From the IMG/VR virus record IMGVR_UViG_3300032288_005197, positions 1 to 64,000 of that record: DNA of 64,000 nt, one strand, 5' to 3'. Of this stretch, positions 49,512-59,232 are shown one piece after another. The stretch's first letter is position 1. Each line of letters starts with the position of its first letter. Both the position numbers and the translations under genes were made by a program. Under the pieces are notes generated by a model. It was not told where the DNA came from and did not search any database. It saw only the letters and a program-made list of their open reading frames with translations. The stretch is from a virus.

Positions 49512-50279
49512 TTATATGGACAAGTCAACCGAAACGACGCCCTTATGTGAAACCGCTTCGCCCGCGCATTGATTTGCGAACTTAATTGACTCTAAGATGT
49601 CACCGGTTTTGGCGTATTTTGCCACCAGGCCGGCTAAAAATGTGTCCCCTGCGCCAGAAACGTCCTTAACCTCAACTCTTTTTGTTTGCATCACTTTAAT
49701 TTTGCCTAAGTCCGCACCCTCTTCTCCCCTAGTGACTATGATCTTATCTAAACTAGAGCTAATGAAGTCTTTATCGTGCTCGGGATTTGCGAACTCCTTT
49801 TTATTGATCTTAATGTAGTCAAATTCCTCTGCCCATTTGCTCAAAGGCTTCTTTGTGTCAATAAAACTGATCTTTGCTATGCATGCAATATCCGATAAAT
49901 CATCCTCCGTTAAGAAACCTTTGTTGTAATCTGATACAACCACAATGTCAGCCTCATGTATCATGGAAATCACATCAGGGGTTAGCCTGAATGGATCAAC
50001 TGGCCCATCCTTATCGACTCTCAATATAATATAATTGGAAGCGGTGTCGACGAACCTATGCTTAATGATATCGCCGGCGAATTGATGAAGGAAGCTGATT
50101 TGCCAAGAGTTTGGGCAAATTTTGGTTAGATTTGTGTATACGTTACCTGCCATTCCACGATTCTGTATCACTTGATTTGATACGAAAACCGGTGTTGGGG
50201 CTTCTGGATTAAGTCGAGTGCAAATCCCGTACTCAAATATGTCAGTGCAGTCCTCGCCTATAACTAATATGTTAGCCAT
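49512..50279 (-). CDS. hldA: Heptose-7-phosphate kinase (HldE/RfaE domain I, PfkB family)
   Basis: ILVIGE, RLNPEAPTPV, GMAGNV, SDYNKG, DVSGAGDT. Confidence 0.85.
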   Translation of the reverse strand: MANILVIGEDCTDIFEYGICTRLNPEAPTPVFVSNQVIQNRGMAGNVYTNLTKICPNSWQISFLHQFAGDIIKHRFVDTASNYIILRVDKDGPVDPFRLTPDVISMIHEADIVVVSDYNKGFLTEDDLSDIACIAKISFIDTKKPLSKWAEEFDYIKINKKEFANPEHDKDFISSSLDKIIVTRGEEGADLGKIKVMQTKRVEVKDVSGAGDTFLAGLVAKYAKTGDILESIKFANQCAGEAVSHKGVVSVDLSI

Positions 50280-50664
50280 GAGTCTTTAGTATTTTTGAAG
50301 TCGATAGATCTTCGAATCTATCAAAATATTTTACTTCGTCAGCCCATTCGGATCCGATTACTCTTTTGCCTAGATAATCTGACCCTACTACCATCACTGC
50401 TGGTTTAAACGATTTAATGTGTTCAATTAGTTCGTTATCGGTTCCAAAGGTTACGACCGAATCCACGTACTTGATGGATTTTAAAAAGTCAATTCGATAT
50501 TGACAATTATTTATGGGTCTTGGAGAGCCCTTTAATTCAGTAACTCGATGATCGCGATCGATTCCGACCACTAGTACATCACCGAGACCCTTTGCGAATT
50601 CTAGGAGTTTGATATGACCCATGTGCATCACATCAAATGTTCCGTTAACCCACACAACTTTCAT
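50272..50664 (-). CDS. hldC: Heptose-1-phosphate nucleotidyltransferase (RfaE domain II)
   Basis: NGTFDVMHMGH, LKG..RPIN, VGSDY, STSKI. Confidence 0.85.
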   Translation of the reverse strand: MKVVWVNGTFDVMHMGHIKLLEFAKGLGDVLVVGIDRDHRVTELKGSPRPINNCQYRIDFLKSIKYVDSVVTFGTDNELIEHIKSFKPAVMVVGSDYLGKRVIGSEWADEVKYFDRFEDLSTSKILKTHG

Positions 50665-50966
50665 ATTTCTTCGATTCTTTTTGATTTATCGCAAATGAGA
50701 AGATCATAATGAGGTTTATGATTCATTTTAAGCTCATGAAATTTGCAGCCCCACTCATGCAACTGAACTAGAGTTAGAACACTCCAATCCTTTTTGGAAA
50801 CTTGACCTCTGGCTGTGTAATAAATGATCTCATGACCCTCATCGAAGAGTCGATTGATCTTTGCGATATTTTCAGATATTGGTTTAGCACGACTATACTC
50901 TGACTCTTGAGTACAGATGGTGCCATCAATATCAACGTAAATTATTTTTGACTGTCTCCCTTCCAT
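50661..50966 (-). CDS. Small HAD phosphatase
   Basis: VDIDGTIC, YTARG, KPHYDLLICDK. Confidence 0.8.
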   Translation of the reverse strand: MEGRQSKIIYVDIDGTICTQESEYSRAKPISENIAKINRLFDEGHEIIYYTARGQVSKKDWSVLTLVQLHEWGCKFHELKMNHKPHYDLLICDKSKRIEEI

Positions 50967-51319
50967 ACTCTATAAGAATCTTCGTCAAAATGTTGAGTTG
51001 ATACTTCAAATACAACTCCATCCTCAAGCGCTTCAAGCTGATGAGGTTGTCCAGGCCTCTGCCTAACCACATCTCCAGATTTTAAAACCTGTTCGTGTAC
51101 TTCAGCGTTTACAGTATCAATCCATCTGTAAACAAATGAGCCTTTGTCAACGTACCAAGTTTCATCCTTAATCATGTGATAGTGCATTGAAAACTTGAAA
51201 CCCTTTTTAAAGATCAAGAGCTTTCCGCAGTACTTTTCGTTATTTTCAATTATGATCTCTTCTCCCCAACCTTTCGGCACTCTGCACCCTTCACAAACCG
51301 TTGGCTTAATTCTCTCCAT
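50942..51319 (-). CDS. Cupin, sugar-phosphate isomerase-like
   Basis: KGWGEE, SMHYHMIKDET, PGQPH, EVST..DSYR. Confidence 0.75.
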   Translation of the reverse strand: MERIKPTVCEGCRVPKGWGEEIIIENNEKYCGKLLIFKKGFKFSMHYHMIKDETWYVDKGSFVYRWIDTVNAEVHEQVLKSGDVVRQRPGQPHQLEALEDGVVFEVSTQHFDEDSYRVWKGDSQK

Positions 51320-52139
51320 CTTGTTCTGATTTTTTTAAGTAGTCCAGGTATTCTGGAACCCCAGTATCGATATTGTGCTTTGGTGTCCATCCGCTAAGCC
51401 ATTCATTTGAGTTACTAACCGTAAAGAATTGATAGCCTTCAGGTATTTGAGACTCGTCCGCATATTCAAAAGGAATCTGCATAAGATTAAGCACATCTTC
51501 AAAAGATCTACTTTCTCCACTACCTACATCGAAGTGATTACCTTTAAAGTACTCGTAATGAGCCCATGCGTGCATGTTAGCATAGACTATATCATCAACA
51601 TGAACAAAGTCTCTGGTTGGATTCTTTGGAAATAGAATCACTCTTTCTCCTGCTTTGTGTTTTAAGTACGATTGATATGCAACTGATGCCATTCGACCTT
51701 TATGTTCTTCGCCTGGCCCATAAACGTTAAAGTATCTCAATGCAACTCCTCCAGTCAAAGTCACAACGTCTTCTGCTGCATACTTACTCCAACCATATAG
51801 ATTCGAAGGATGCTTTCCATCACTTCCGTAATTCGCAGCTGATGAAGAATAAATGAGCTTGCACTCAGTATAACTGCAGTAACTGGCAAGAATCTTAGTA
51901 GATTCATAATTGAGCTTCATCATGTAATTGACATCCTTCTCTAGAGTATCGGAACATGCACCAACATGGAATATTACGTCTGGTGAAAGGTCGGCAACAA
52001 TACTTGCAAGTTCTTTCTGCCAGTCTTCAGAGTTCATGAAGTCGTCCACATCAATTCCGAATACTGTAAAATTGCGGTCTAATTTTGAAATGAGTCTTTT
52101 TGCAATAAATCCGTTATCGCCAGTTACTAGTATCTTCAT
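51306..52139 (-). CDS. hldD: ADP-L-glycero-D-manno-heptose 6-epimerase-like
   Basis: IFHVGACSDT, YSSSAANYG, YGWSK, RYFNVYGPGEEHKGRMASV, YQFFT. Confidence 0.85.
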   Translation of the reverse strand: MKILVTGDNGFIAKRLISKLDRNFTVFGIDVDDFMNSEDWQKELASIVADLSPDVIFHVGACSDTLEKDVNYMMKLNYESTKILASYCSYTECKLIYSSSAANYGSDGKHPSNLYGWSKYAAEDVVTLTGGVALRYFNVYGPGEEHKGRMASVAYQSYLKHKAGERVILFPKNPTRDFVHVDDIVYANMHAWAHYEYFKGNHFDVGSGESRSFEDVLNLMQIPFEYADESQIPEGYQFFTVSNSNEWLSGWTPKHNIDTGVPEYLDYLKKSEQDGEN

Positions 52140-54118
52140 TACTTAATCGATAATTTTTCGTCCTTTGATTTACATGTGATTACTAAATGATCACCGTCCT
52201 TGATGTTACCGTCAATGTAGGCTTCAGCGATTAGGTCCTCAACGTAAGTTTGAATTGCTCTTTTTAGAGGTCGAGCTCCGAATTTTTCGTCATAACCTTT
52301 TTCAATCAAGAATTCTTTTGCCTGTTTAGTTAATTCAACAGAGTATCCGTTTTCTTTGACTCTTGAGTAGAGATCAACTAATTCAGTCTCAACGATTTTA
52401 GCGATATCTTCCCTCTTTAGAGATTCGAATATGATAATGTCGTCCAAACGATTTATGAATTCCGGTGCGAACTGTTTGCTAACAGCTTTTCTTAAAACAC
52501 CGGCCGCGATTTCTTTCTGCTTCTCATAGTTATTACCAGTCGCAAAGCCTATTCCATTTCCAAACTCCTGTAACTCTTTAACTCCAAGATTTGAGGTCAT
52601 AATGATCACTGTATTCTTGAAATCGATCTTGCGACCAAGTCCATCAGTCATGTGACCTTCATCCAATACTTGTAGTAGAGTGTGGAAAATATCAGGGTGA
52701 GCTTTTTCAACTTCATCCAATAGAACGACTGAGTAAGGCTTACGTTTTACGCGCTCAGTCAATTGACCTCCCTCTTCGTATCCAACGTAACCCGGAGGAG
52801 CTCCCAATAATTTAGTAGCATTGAACTTTTCTCCGTATTCTGACATATCAATTCGGATCATTGCATCCTCTGAATCGAACATGAATTTGGAAAGTTGTTT
52901 TGCCAATTCTGTTTTGCCTACTCCAGTTGGGCCCAAGAACATGAACGTTCCCACAGGTCTCTTTTTGGATTTTAGACCAGCTCTAGAGCGCTGAATTGCT
53001 TTAGTTAATTTAAGCACAGCTTCTGACTGACCAATTATTCTTGATTCCAACCATTTTGCCATGCTCGCAAGCCTTTCCAATTCCGATCCAGTTAATCTAG
53101 TGATCGGGATACCTGTCATTGTTGAGATCACTTGTGCAATATCGTCTTCCGTTACAGTCAATCGATTGACCTTCAAAGACTCTTCCCACTTGATTTTTTC
53201 TTCATCGATTTCCTTCTGCACGGAGAGAGCGTCATCTCTTAGTCGAGCAGCGGCTTCGTATTGTTGAGAATCCACTGCTTTTTGTTTTCTTGCAGTCGCT
53301 TCAACCAGCTTTTCTTCAAGTTTCTTAATTAAATCGGGTACTACGACGCCGTTGATGTGAACGCTTGAACCAGCTTCATCCATTAAGTCAATCGCTTTGT
53401 CCGGCAAGAACCTATCCTGTAAATATCGATCGCTATAGCTAACGCATGCATCAAGTGCAGCGTCCGTGTACTTAACTGAGTGATGATCTTCGTATTTAGA
53501 TCGAATATTCTCGATGATCTGGCGTGATTGTTCCGGAGTTGATGGTTCTACCATCACTTGCTGAAAACGGCGATTCAGAGCACCATCCTTTTCAATTGAA
53601 CCTCTGAACTCATCAAGAGTAGTTGCTCCCAAACACTGAATCTCTCCACGAGAAAGAGCCGGTTTTAGAATATTTGCTGCGTCCAACGAACCGCTCGCAG
53701 AACCTGCTCCAATCAAGGTGTGAATTTCATCGATGAATAGAATGATGTTTGGATTCTGTTGAACCTCATCAATGATCTGTTCCATTCTCTCTTCGAATTG
53801 GCCTCTATACTTTGTGCCAGCTACAAGATTCGCAAGCTCAAGCGAAACTATCTTTTTATCAAAAAGAACTCGAGGACAGGTTCTGTCCACTATCATTTTT
53901 GCTAAACCTTCAACTATCGCTGTCTTACCTACACCAGGTTCGCCAATCAATATTGGATTGTTCTTTTTTCTGCGAGCTAGAATTTGACTGCATCGCTTAA
54001 TTTCCTTTTCTCTACCAACTACTGGATCTAGCTTACCTTCAATTGCTAATTGAGTTAGGTCTTTGCCGTATGAATCCAACATTGGAGTCTTTCCTGGTTT
54101 ATTCACTTGTTTTGCCAT
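52139..54118 (-). CDS. clpC: ClpC-like AAA+ ATPase lacking the N-terminal domain
   Basis: Two Walker A motifs ([16 protein letters not shown]), UVR motif [12 protein letters not shown] loop, GARPL. Confidence 0.92.
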   Translation of the reverse strand: MAKQVNKPGKTPMLDSYGKDLTQLAIEGKLDPVVGREKEIKRCSQILARRKKNNPILIGEPGVGKTAIVEGLAKMIVDRTCPRVLFDKKIVSLELANLVAGTKYRGQFEERMEQIIDEVQQNPNIILFIDEIHTLIGAGSASGSLDAANILKPALSRGEIQCLGATTLDEFRGSIEKDGALNRRFQQVMVEPSTPEQSRQIIENIRSKYEDHHSVKYTDAALDACVSYSDRYLQDRFLPDKAIDLMDEAGSSVHINGVVVPDLIKKLEEKLVEATARKQKAVDSQQYEAAARLRDDALSVQKEIDEEKIKWEESLKVNRLTVTEDDIAQVISTMTGIPITRLTGSELERLASMAKWLESRIIGQSEAVLKLTKAIQRSRAGLKSKKRPVGTFMFLGPTGVGKTELAKQLSKFMFDSEDAMIRIDMSEYGEKFNATKLLGAPPGYVGYEEGGQLTERVKRKPYSVVLLDEVEKAHPDIFHTLLQVLDEGHMTDGLGRKIDFKNTVIIMTSNLGVKELQEFGNGIGFATGNNYEKQKEIAAGVLRKAVSKQFAPEFINRLDDIIIFESLKREDIAKIVETELVDLYSRVKENGYSVELTKQAKEFLIEKGYDEKFGARPLKRAIQTYVEDLIAEAYIDGNIKDGDHLVITCKSKDEKLSIK

Positions 54119-54139
54119 ATATTATTATTATACCATACT

Positions 54140-54745
54140 TTAGTCCCACCATCCTCGAATCCCGCTGCCGTCAAAATGACTATCCCAATCGTAATCTTCA
54201 CGCTTTTTAATATTTTCGTAGTCCTGGCCCTTTAGTATTTCCCAAAGCTCAGCCCACTCAGTCTCTCCCAGCTCACGGGCTCTTTCAAAAACCTTACGAT
54301 TGTGTTGCTTTTCTTCGGGCGTATCCTTATCGACCATTTGATAATACGACGGATGGTCTGGAGCCGGCTCAAATTCAATGTCATGTAGCACTAACTCGCC
54401 AAGCTCAGCCTCTGCCATGTCTATGTACAGATCATCATTGTAATTCCGGATAAGCTGTGAAGCTCTACGCATTTTAGCAACCTTCTTTAGTCGACTCTCG
54501 TCAACCTCAATACCTTGAGATTCGATTTTGTCCGCCATTTGATCTAATGCGATTTGCAGATGCATCAGTGGACCGTGATGATCCCACCAATAAGTATTCC
54601 ATAGAGATTTCCTAAATAACCAAACATTCCTAATGAACCTAGGAATGTCGTATCGGATTGTCTCGTAAGTTTTATACCACCAAGTGTTGTGGAGGATCAG
54701 CGTCTTTATACTCTTCGCAAAAGAGTCTGCAAATTTAATTTCCAT
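54140..54745 (-). CDS. Hypothetical protein
   Basis: Trp-rich ORF ending GIRGWWD. Confidence 0.6.
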   Translation of the reverse strand: MEIKFADSFAKSIKTLILHNTWWYKTYETIRYDIPRFIRNVWLFRKSLWNTYWWDHHGPLMHLQIALDQMADKIESQGIEVDESRLKKVAKMRRASQLIRNYNDDLYIDMAEAELGELVLHDIEFEPAPDHPSYYQMVDKDTPEEKQHNRKVFERARELGETEWAELWEILKGQDYENIKKREDYDWDSHFDGSGIRGWWD

Positions 54746-55052
54746 TTGTAATGTGTGAATCTTTTTGAATTGAGTCAATTCGTGTCAATGATTGACTTTT
54801 GCTTATGATTAGAGCGTTATCACAATGCCGTCTTGAACATGGAACCTCAATTCGGATTGTGTCACGAACAACACGCTCAACTACTCTTTCAATCCTAACT
54901 GTGTCCGCTCGGTCAATAGAATCCTGTATTTGTACTATAGGTCGATTCTCAATTGCCTGTTTTATTCCAAAATAGAGCATGGAAGAGCCAAGTACAATAA
55001 GTCCAATCACTATGGTTGAACCCAAGAGAGTGAGTCGCGTAAACTTATTCAT
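54735..55052 (-). CDS. Hypothetical membrane-anchored protein
   Basis: N-terminal hydrophobic helix; DTVRIERVVERVVRDTI. Confidence 0.55.
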   Translation of the reverse strand: MNKFTRLTLLGSTIVIGLIVLGSSMLYFGIKQAIENRPIVQIQDSIDRADTVRIERVVERVVRDTIRIEVPCSRRHCDNALIISKSQSLTRIDSIQKDSHITNGN

Positions 55053-55527
55053 CGATTTTTACCAATATTGTTTTTAAAGAGTGCTTAACGTTTTCTTTGA
55101 AACTTACTTCCATTTCAAGCCTGCGTTTTTCAAGCTCAATATTGAAAGCCTCATTCAATGATTTGTTAGTTTTTTGAGAAATACGAATGTTGTAACTAAA
55201 TACATGATTGATCACAGTCAATTCAGTGTTGTCTAAAATTAGCAAAATTCGCTTTTCATCGTTTCTAACGTATTGCTTTTGAGAAATTGGACTCATTAAC
55301 AGTTCGCTTTCTTGGCATTTAATCATCTTTCTAAAAATGACTGATGCATCTTTCTCTGCTTCGCCTGACCGAGTTTCGGATCGATCGGTTGGGTCCAACA
55401 TTCGATGGACTTTGATGCTGATCTTTTTAGAAAGCCTCTTAAATTTATGAATCGACCTTTTGGTTCCTTCTGAAAATTCCTTTGTAAGTTCCATTTTTAT
55501 TAATAAATTACCTTTAACTTTTTCCAT
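55045..55527 (-). CDS. Hypothetical protein
   Basis: ORF in a tightly packed run. Confidence 0.55.
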   Translation of the reverse strand: MEKVKGNLLIKMELTKEFSEGTKRSIHKFKRLSKKISIKVHRMLDPTDRSETRSGEAEKDASVIFRKMIKCQESELLMSPISQKQYVRNDEKRILLILDNTELTVINHVFSYNIRISQKTNKSLNEAFNIELEKRRLEMEVSFKENVKHSLKTILVKIDE

Positions 55528-55906
55528 TGAAAAACCCTCCCATTAGATTAATTATGAAGTTCTCATCAACCTCCTTGGGTTCAGGAAGTTCATACTCGAC
55601 AAAATCGTCCGCGCATCTAAGTTCTTCAACGCATTTCCATAGGCTTGGAATATCATAGCAAATCTCATTGCCGTCCTTGTCCCAAGCTTGTAAAATCTCT
55701 CCGCTAAAGCTTTCTTTTTCGTAAAGATACCAGCTTATCCAGTCCTCACCGTCTTTTCCGTAGTATGCTCTCAACAACAAAGTTATTACGGCCGCGTAAG
55801 AATCATCGTAGTTGATTAGATCAACTCCCATCTCCGCCAGCTTAAAACTCCGATCGTTGTGTTCCTTAATTAGAGTTATTATCTTTTCGAATACTTCCAG
55901 TTTCAT
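55514..55906 (-). CDS. Hypothetical protein
   Basis: DWISWYLYE..AWDKDGNEICYD. Confidence 0.6.
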   Translation of the reverse strand: MKLEVFEKIITLIKEHNDRSFKLAEMGVDLINYDDSYAAVITLLLRAYYGKDGEDWISWYLYEKESFSGEILQAWDKDGNEICYDIPSLWKCVEELRCADDFVEYELPEPKEVDENFIINLMGGFFNGKS

Positions 55907-56099
55907 TTATGATTATCTTTGATTGATTTTCGACCTCAATAACGTACTCTTCTAGAGCAGTTTCTATCCCGGATGCTATTAGTACAGTAAGTTCTTCCTG
56001 AGAAGAAACCATTCCCATTTGTTGGGCTAGCGCCAGTGCCTGTACTGTTTCTTCAGCGGCTTCTCTTGCGATTTTTTCAATTAGTCCTTGAGTTTCCAT
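55866..56099 (-). CDS. Hypothetical protein
   Basis: 77 aa ORF downstream of a TATAAT box. Confidence 0.5.
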   Translation of the reverse strand: METQGLIEKIAREAAEETVQALALAQQMGMVSSQEELTVLIASGIETALEEYVIEVENQSKIIINETGSIRKDNNSN

Positions 56100-56124
56100 G
56101 TTTCTTTTAGTTATTATACTACGT

Positions 56125-56721
56125 TTATTGTAAAAATTTCAAAATTTTATCCTTGACTCCACTTTGTTTGATTCCCTCCAATGATTTTGGAGTTAACACA
56201 AAATTCGTAAGACCCCAATCCCTTTCGGTTTCTCCCCAATGCTTGTCCTTATAGTGAAATCCCATGTTCAAATCATCAATTGCGACCCAATGAGTAACTT
56301 CCGGATGATCATGTAAATACTGCTTGATTTGAACCGCTCTACACTGTTCAAGATCCCAGTCCTTGGACCAGATAAAGACTTGGTCTAGGTGAGATGTGCA
56401 GTCCTTTAGATCTGGAGTGAATGCAATGGGTCTCTTCACAATGCCCTTCATCTCATAATAGTCACCCATCTCCTCGACAGTTGCCCATCTTGTCCAATCC
56501 GAACTTACGACGATTTCGGCGCCGGTCTCTTCAATGATTGAGTTAAGAACTGAGATAGCTTTTCTATTGAAATTATCGAATCTAACATCAACTGGTCCAT
56601 TCTGAGCAAGCCCCTGTCTGGGATTAGCTTCGGTGAAGTATGCTCGCTGTTTTTTGTATCTGCTACCCCATTCAGTTGAGAGGCAAATCACTCCATCATG
56701 ATCCAGAAATATTACTTTCAT
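56125..56721 (-). CDS. HAD domain protein (RNA-repair-associated type)
   Basis: IFLDHDGV, IVVSSDW, WVAIDD. Confidence 0.75.
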   Translation of the reverse strand: MKVIFLDHDGVICLSTEWGSRYKKQRAYFTEANPRQGLAQNGPVDVRFDNFNRKAISVLNSIIEETGAEIVVSSDWTRWATVEEMGDYYEMKGIVKRPIAFTPDLKDCTSHLDQVFIWSKDWDLEQCRAVQIKQYLHDHPEVTHWVAIDDLNMGFHYKDKHWGETERDWGLTNFVLTPKSLEGIKQSGVKDKILKFLQ

Positions 56722-56962
56722 AGTCTTTCTTGATTTGATTGATTAGATCCTGAGGAGCCTCAATCAATTCGAATTTTTGGTCAACGAGCCCAAATTCTGG
56801 ATTCTCGGTCAATTCCTTTAATAGGGAATCGTAATCAGCTGCGCTAGGTTTTTCAAAATACCCACAAAAGTGTAGCACATCGATTCCTTGTGAATCACCA
56901 ATTCGCTTTACTGCAGCAATGCCGTGAGTAATGTCCATTATGGTTTTATCGTCTGATCTCAT
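56696..56962 (-). CDS. Hypothetical protein
   Basis: Overlapping ORF in a packed run. Confidence 0.55.
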   Translation of the reverse strand: MRSDDKTIMDITHGIAAVKRIGDSQGIDVLHFCGYFEKPSAADYDSLLKELTENPEFGLVDQKFELIEAPQDLINQIKKDYESNISGS

Positions 56963-57242
56963 ATACTGAATTTTCTGTTTTGAATCTAATTAGCTCGTAA
57001 TAACCTTCATCGTCCTTTTTCTCTTCAACTATTTCAGTTACTTTAGTAGTTAGCCAATAGTCTTGAGCCGAGTAGCTTCGAGCTGTGACTGATCCGACTA
57101 ATAATGAACAGCCGACTACTGGCTTGGAATCAACGATCTCTTTGAAAGTACCGTCTTCATTCCATGCAATTGCTTCGACCCTTTGGCCTTGCTCTTTAAT
57201 TTCCTCGCGGCCGTCTTTGTGTATTTTAATTAGAGTTGGCAT
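56946..57242 (-). CDS. Hypothetical protein
   Basis: WLTTKVTEI..FKTENSVY. Confidence 0.6.
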   Translation of the reverse strand: MPTLIKIHKDGREEIKEQGQRVEAIAWNEDGTFKEIVDSKPVVGCSLLVGSVTARSYSAQDYWLTTKVTEIVEEKKDDEGYYELIRFKTENSVYEIRR

Positions 57243-57465
57243 CTTCTTGTATTTTATGAAGTCGTGTGTAAACCTTTTCATCTAAAAGGTTTCTTAGCTT
57301 TCTAGAGTACAAGGAATAGGCTCCCTTACCGTCTCTTAGTAGGCGCTCTTCAAAGAGCCTTAATAATTTTCTAGCAGTAATCTCCTGTTGCGGAGTTTCG
57401 CAAGAGTTGATTACCTTTTCTATCCAGATTCCAACGTCGCCGTCGTGATTACTTGTTGCTGCCAT
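57226..57465 (-). CDS. Hypothetical protein
   Basis: WIEKVINSCETPQQ. Confidence 0.55.
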   Translation of the reverse strand: MAATSNHDGDVGIWIEKVINSCETPQQEITARKLLRLFEERLLRDGKGAYSLYSRKLRNLLDEKVYTRLHKIQEDANSN

Positions 57466-57778
57466 GTAATTTAGTTTTTTTACGGTTATTAAATACGGCC
57501 TCACTGCGATCGATGGTTGACTGTCTGAATTGAACGCCCTTATCTGTTAACCATACTGAGCAGATCATGTTCTTATCTACCTGAAGGATCCATGCAGAAC
57601 AATTCTCTTCGCCAGCTTTAGTTAACAGAGCCACCGCATTATCTAGTGAATCTATTTGAAATACGTGGCCAGTTTCATAAACCAACCATCTTCCAGGTAC
57701 GCTGATCTCAGCAACCTTTGTTTGTGCGTTCAATGTAAGTGCAATCAAACACGCAATTATTAATATTAAATTTTTCAT
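57449..57778 (-). CDS. Hypothetical secreted protein
   Basis: Signal peptide MKNLILIIACLIALTLNA-Q. Confidence 0.55.
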   Translation of the reverse strand: MKNLILIIACLIALTLNAQTKVAEISVPGRWLVYETGHVFQIDSLDNAVALLTKAGEENCSAWILQVDKNMICSVWLTDKGVQFRQSTIDRSEAVFNNRKKTKLHGSNK

Positions 57779-57975
57779 GATTTTTCGTCAATTATTTTAA
57801 GTTCAAGATCATCGTTTACCTGCTGTATTCCCATTTTAAACATCCATGTTTGTAGCACAGGGCCGGCATTGAATTCAAGATACTCGATCACAGGCTTACC
57901 TTCGTGATTTTCAATGTAATCCAGAGCTCTCGCTCGGATACACTCGGTGTACAGCTCCTTATCGCTTTTCCACAT
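57775..57975 (-). CDS. Hypothetical protein
   Basis: 66 aa overlapping ORF. Confidence 0.45.
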   Translation of the reverse strand: MWKSDKELYTECIRARALDYIENHEGKPVIEYLEFNAGPVLQTWMFKMGIQQVNDDLELKIIDEKS

Positions 57976-58207
57976 ACTGATAGTATCTATAGGTTATTGT
58001 ATCTTGAGGTCTTGTAGTTCCGGTAACTGGAACAATATCGCCATTATCTAGAACGGCATAGTATCTTGGTGAAATTTCGTCGTGAATGCTGACCGGTCGC
58101 TTTTTAAAGACGCTCACAATCACGTGTTTTTCGACTTTTACAGAAGATGGGCCTGCGCAGCTTGCAATCAGGCCTAAGACCAATGTTAATATGATTAAAT
58201 TTCTCAT
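57959..58207 (-). CDS. Putative lipoprotein
   Basis: Signal peptide with lipobox LIASC. Confidence 0.6.
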   Translation of the reverse strand: MRNLIILTLVLGLIASCAGPSSVKVEKHVIVSVFKKRPVSIHDEISPRYYAVLDNGDIVPVTGTTRPQDTITYRYYQYVEKR

Positions 58208-58617
58208 ACGAAAGATTCTTTTGTTATTGCAGCAATTCGGGCTTTTTGCTCGTTAGTTAACAACCAACGGTCTTCCCAAAGTTTATGTAATACAGTACCA
58301 AATTCCTGTTCAGAATAGGTTCCGCCAGAGAAAAGCTCTTCGGGAGTTTTTGGCGAATCATCGTCATCTCCAAATTCCTCCTTTAAATCTTCGTACATTC
58401 GCTGCTTGTCCCATGAGCTTGCTTCCCAAAGTATGTCATCAATATCGACATAGGTGGAGGCTTCTAGATTTCTGGGATGATACTCTCCATCGGGAATTGG
58501 AGTGCCGAACTCTTCTTCCATATCCTCCCTTAAGTATTCAACCAGTTTTCGTTTTTCATTTAGGTTCAGATCGTCAACCAATTCGGTGACATCGACTGTG
58601 ACTCTTATGTCTGACAT
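58204..58617 (-). CDS. Hypothetical acidic protein with internal duplication
   Basis: VDVTELVDDL..EKRKLVEYLREDMEEEFG and VDIDDILWEA..DKQRMYEDLKEEFG. Confidence 0.6.
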   Translation of the reverse strand: MSDIRVTVDVTELVDDLNLNEKRKLVEYLREDMEEEFGTPIPDGEYHPRNLEASTYVDIDDILWEASSWDKQRMYEDLKEEFGDDDDSPKTPEELFSGGTYSEQEFGTVLHKLWEDRWLLTNEQKARIAAITKESFV

Positions 58618-58774
58618 GATAGTATTGTTATTTGTTTAATTTACTTGTTAATACTGATGGATTCATCCGCCTAGCACGTCTATGACAACTATGTCAATTA
58701 AACTTGCTACTATTTTAAGTCTTTTACCGGATCTTATCATCATTAATATTTAGGTTATTATACTCAATAAAAAC

Positions 58775-58798
58775 AAAAAAGTCCCCAATTGGGGACTT
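58775..58798 (-). terminator. Intrinsic terminator
   Basis: AAGTCCCC-AATT-GGGGACTT with a U-run on the minus strand. Confidence 0.8.
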
Positions 58799-58826
58799 AA
58801 TTAAATAGTGGTCGTAAAAATTAGCT

Positions 58827-59222
58827 TTACACAGATTTAAAAACTATGCTAACTAGTATGCCGGCAACTGCTGTGAATAGAATCCACAGAATTTTGGTTA
58901 CCGTGCTCTTCCATGACATTAATTCCTTGTGTTCGTCAATGATGTTTTGAAAAGTCTTTTCGGACTCCTCTTTTCTTTTACGAAATTCGGTGTTCTTATT
59001 AACTCTGACAACGATTCCGTCCTCTGGATCTAATAGTTGCTTTTTGATCTGTCTCAGATCTTCATGCATGTCCTCTTGAGCAGATTCAATATTCTCAATC
59101 TTGTCCTGTATTGACTTGATCTCGCCGTTTGGCATCTTGTCCTTGATCACATCAAGGGCATCAAGAATGTCATTCATCATAGAGTCAATATCGTGATTGA
59201 CTTCTCTGCGTCTTCCGCTCAT
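58827..59222 (-). CDS. Coiled-coil protein with a C-terminal transmembrane helix
   Basis: KILWILFTAVAGILVSIVF at the C-terminus. Confidence 0.6.
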   Translation of the reverse strand: MSGRRREVNHDIDSMMNDILDALDVIKDKMPNGEIKSIQDKIENIESAQEDMHEDLRQIKKQLLDPEDGIVVRVNKNTEFRKRKEESEKTFQNIIDEHKELMSWKSTVTKILWILFTAVAGILVSIVFKSV

Positions 59223-59232
59223 CTAGGAAAAA

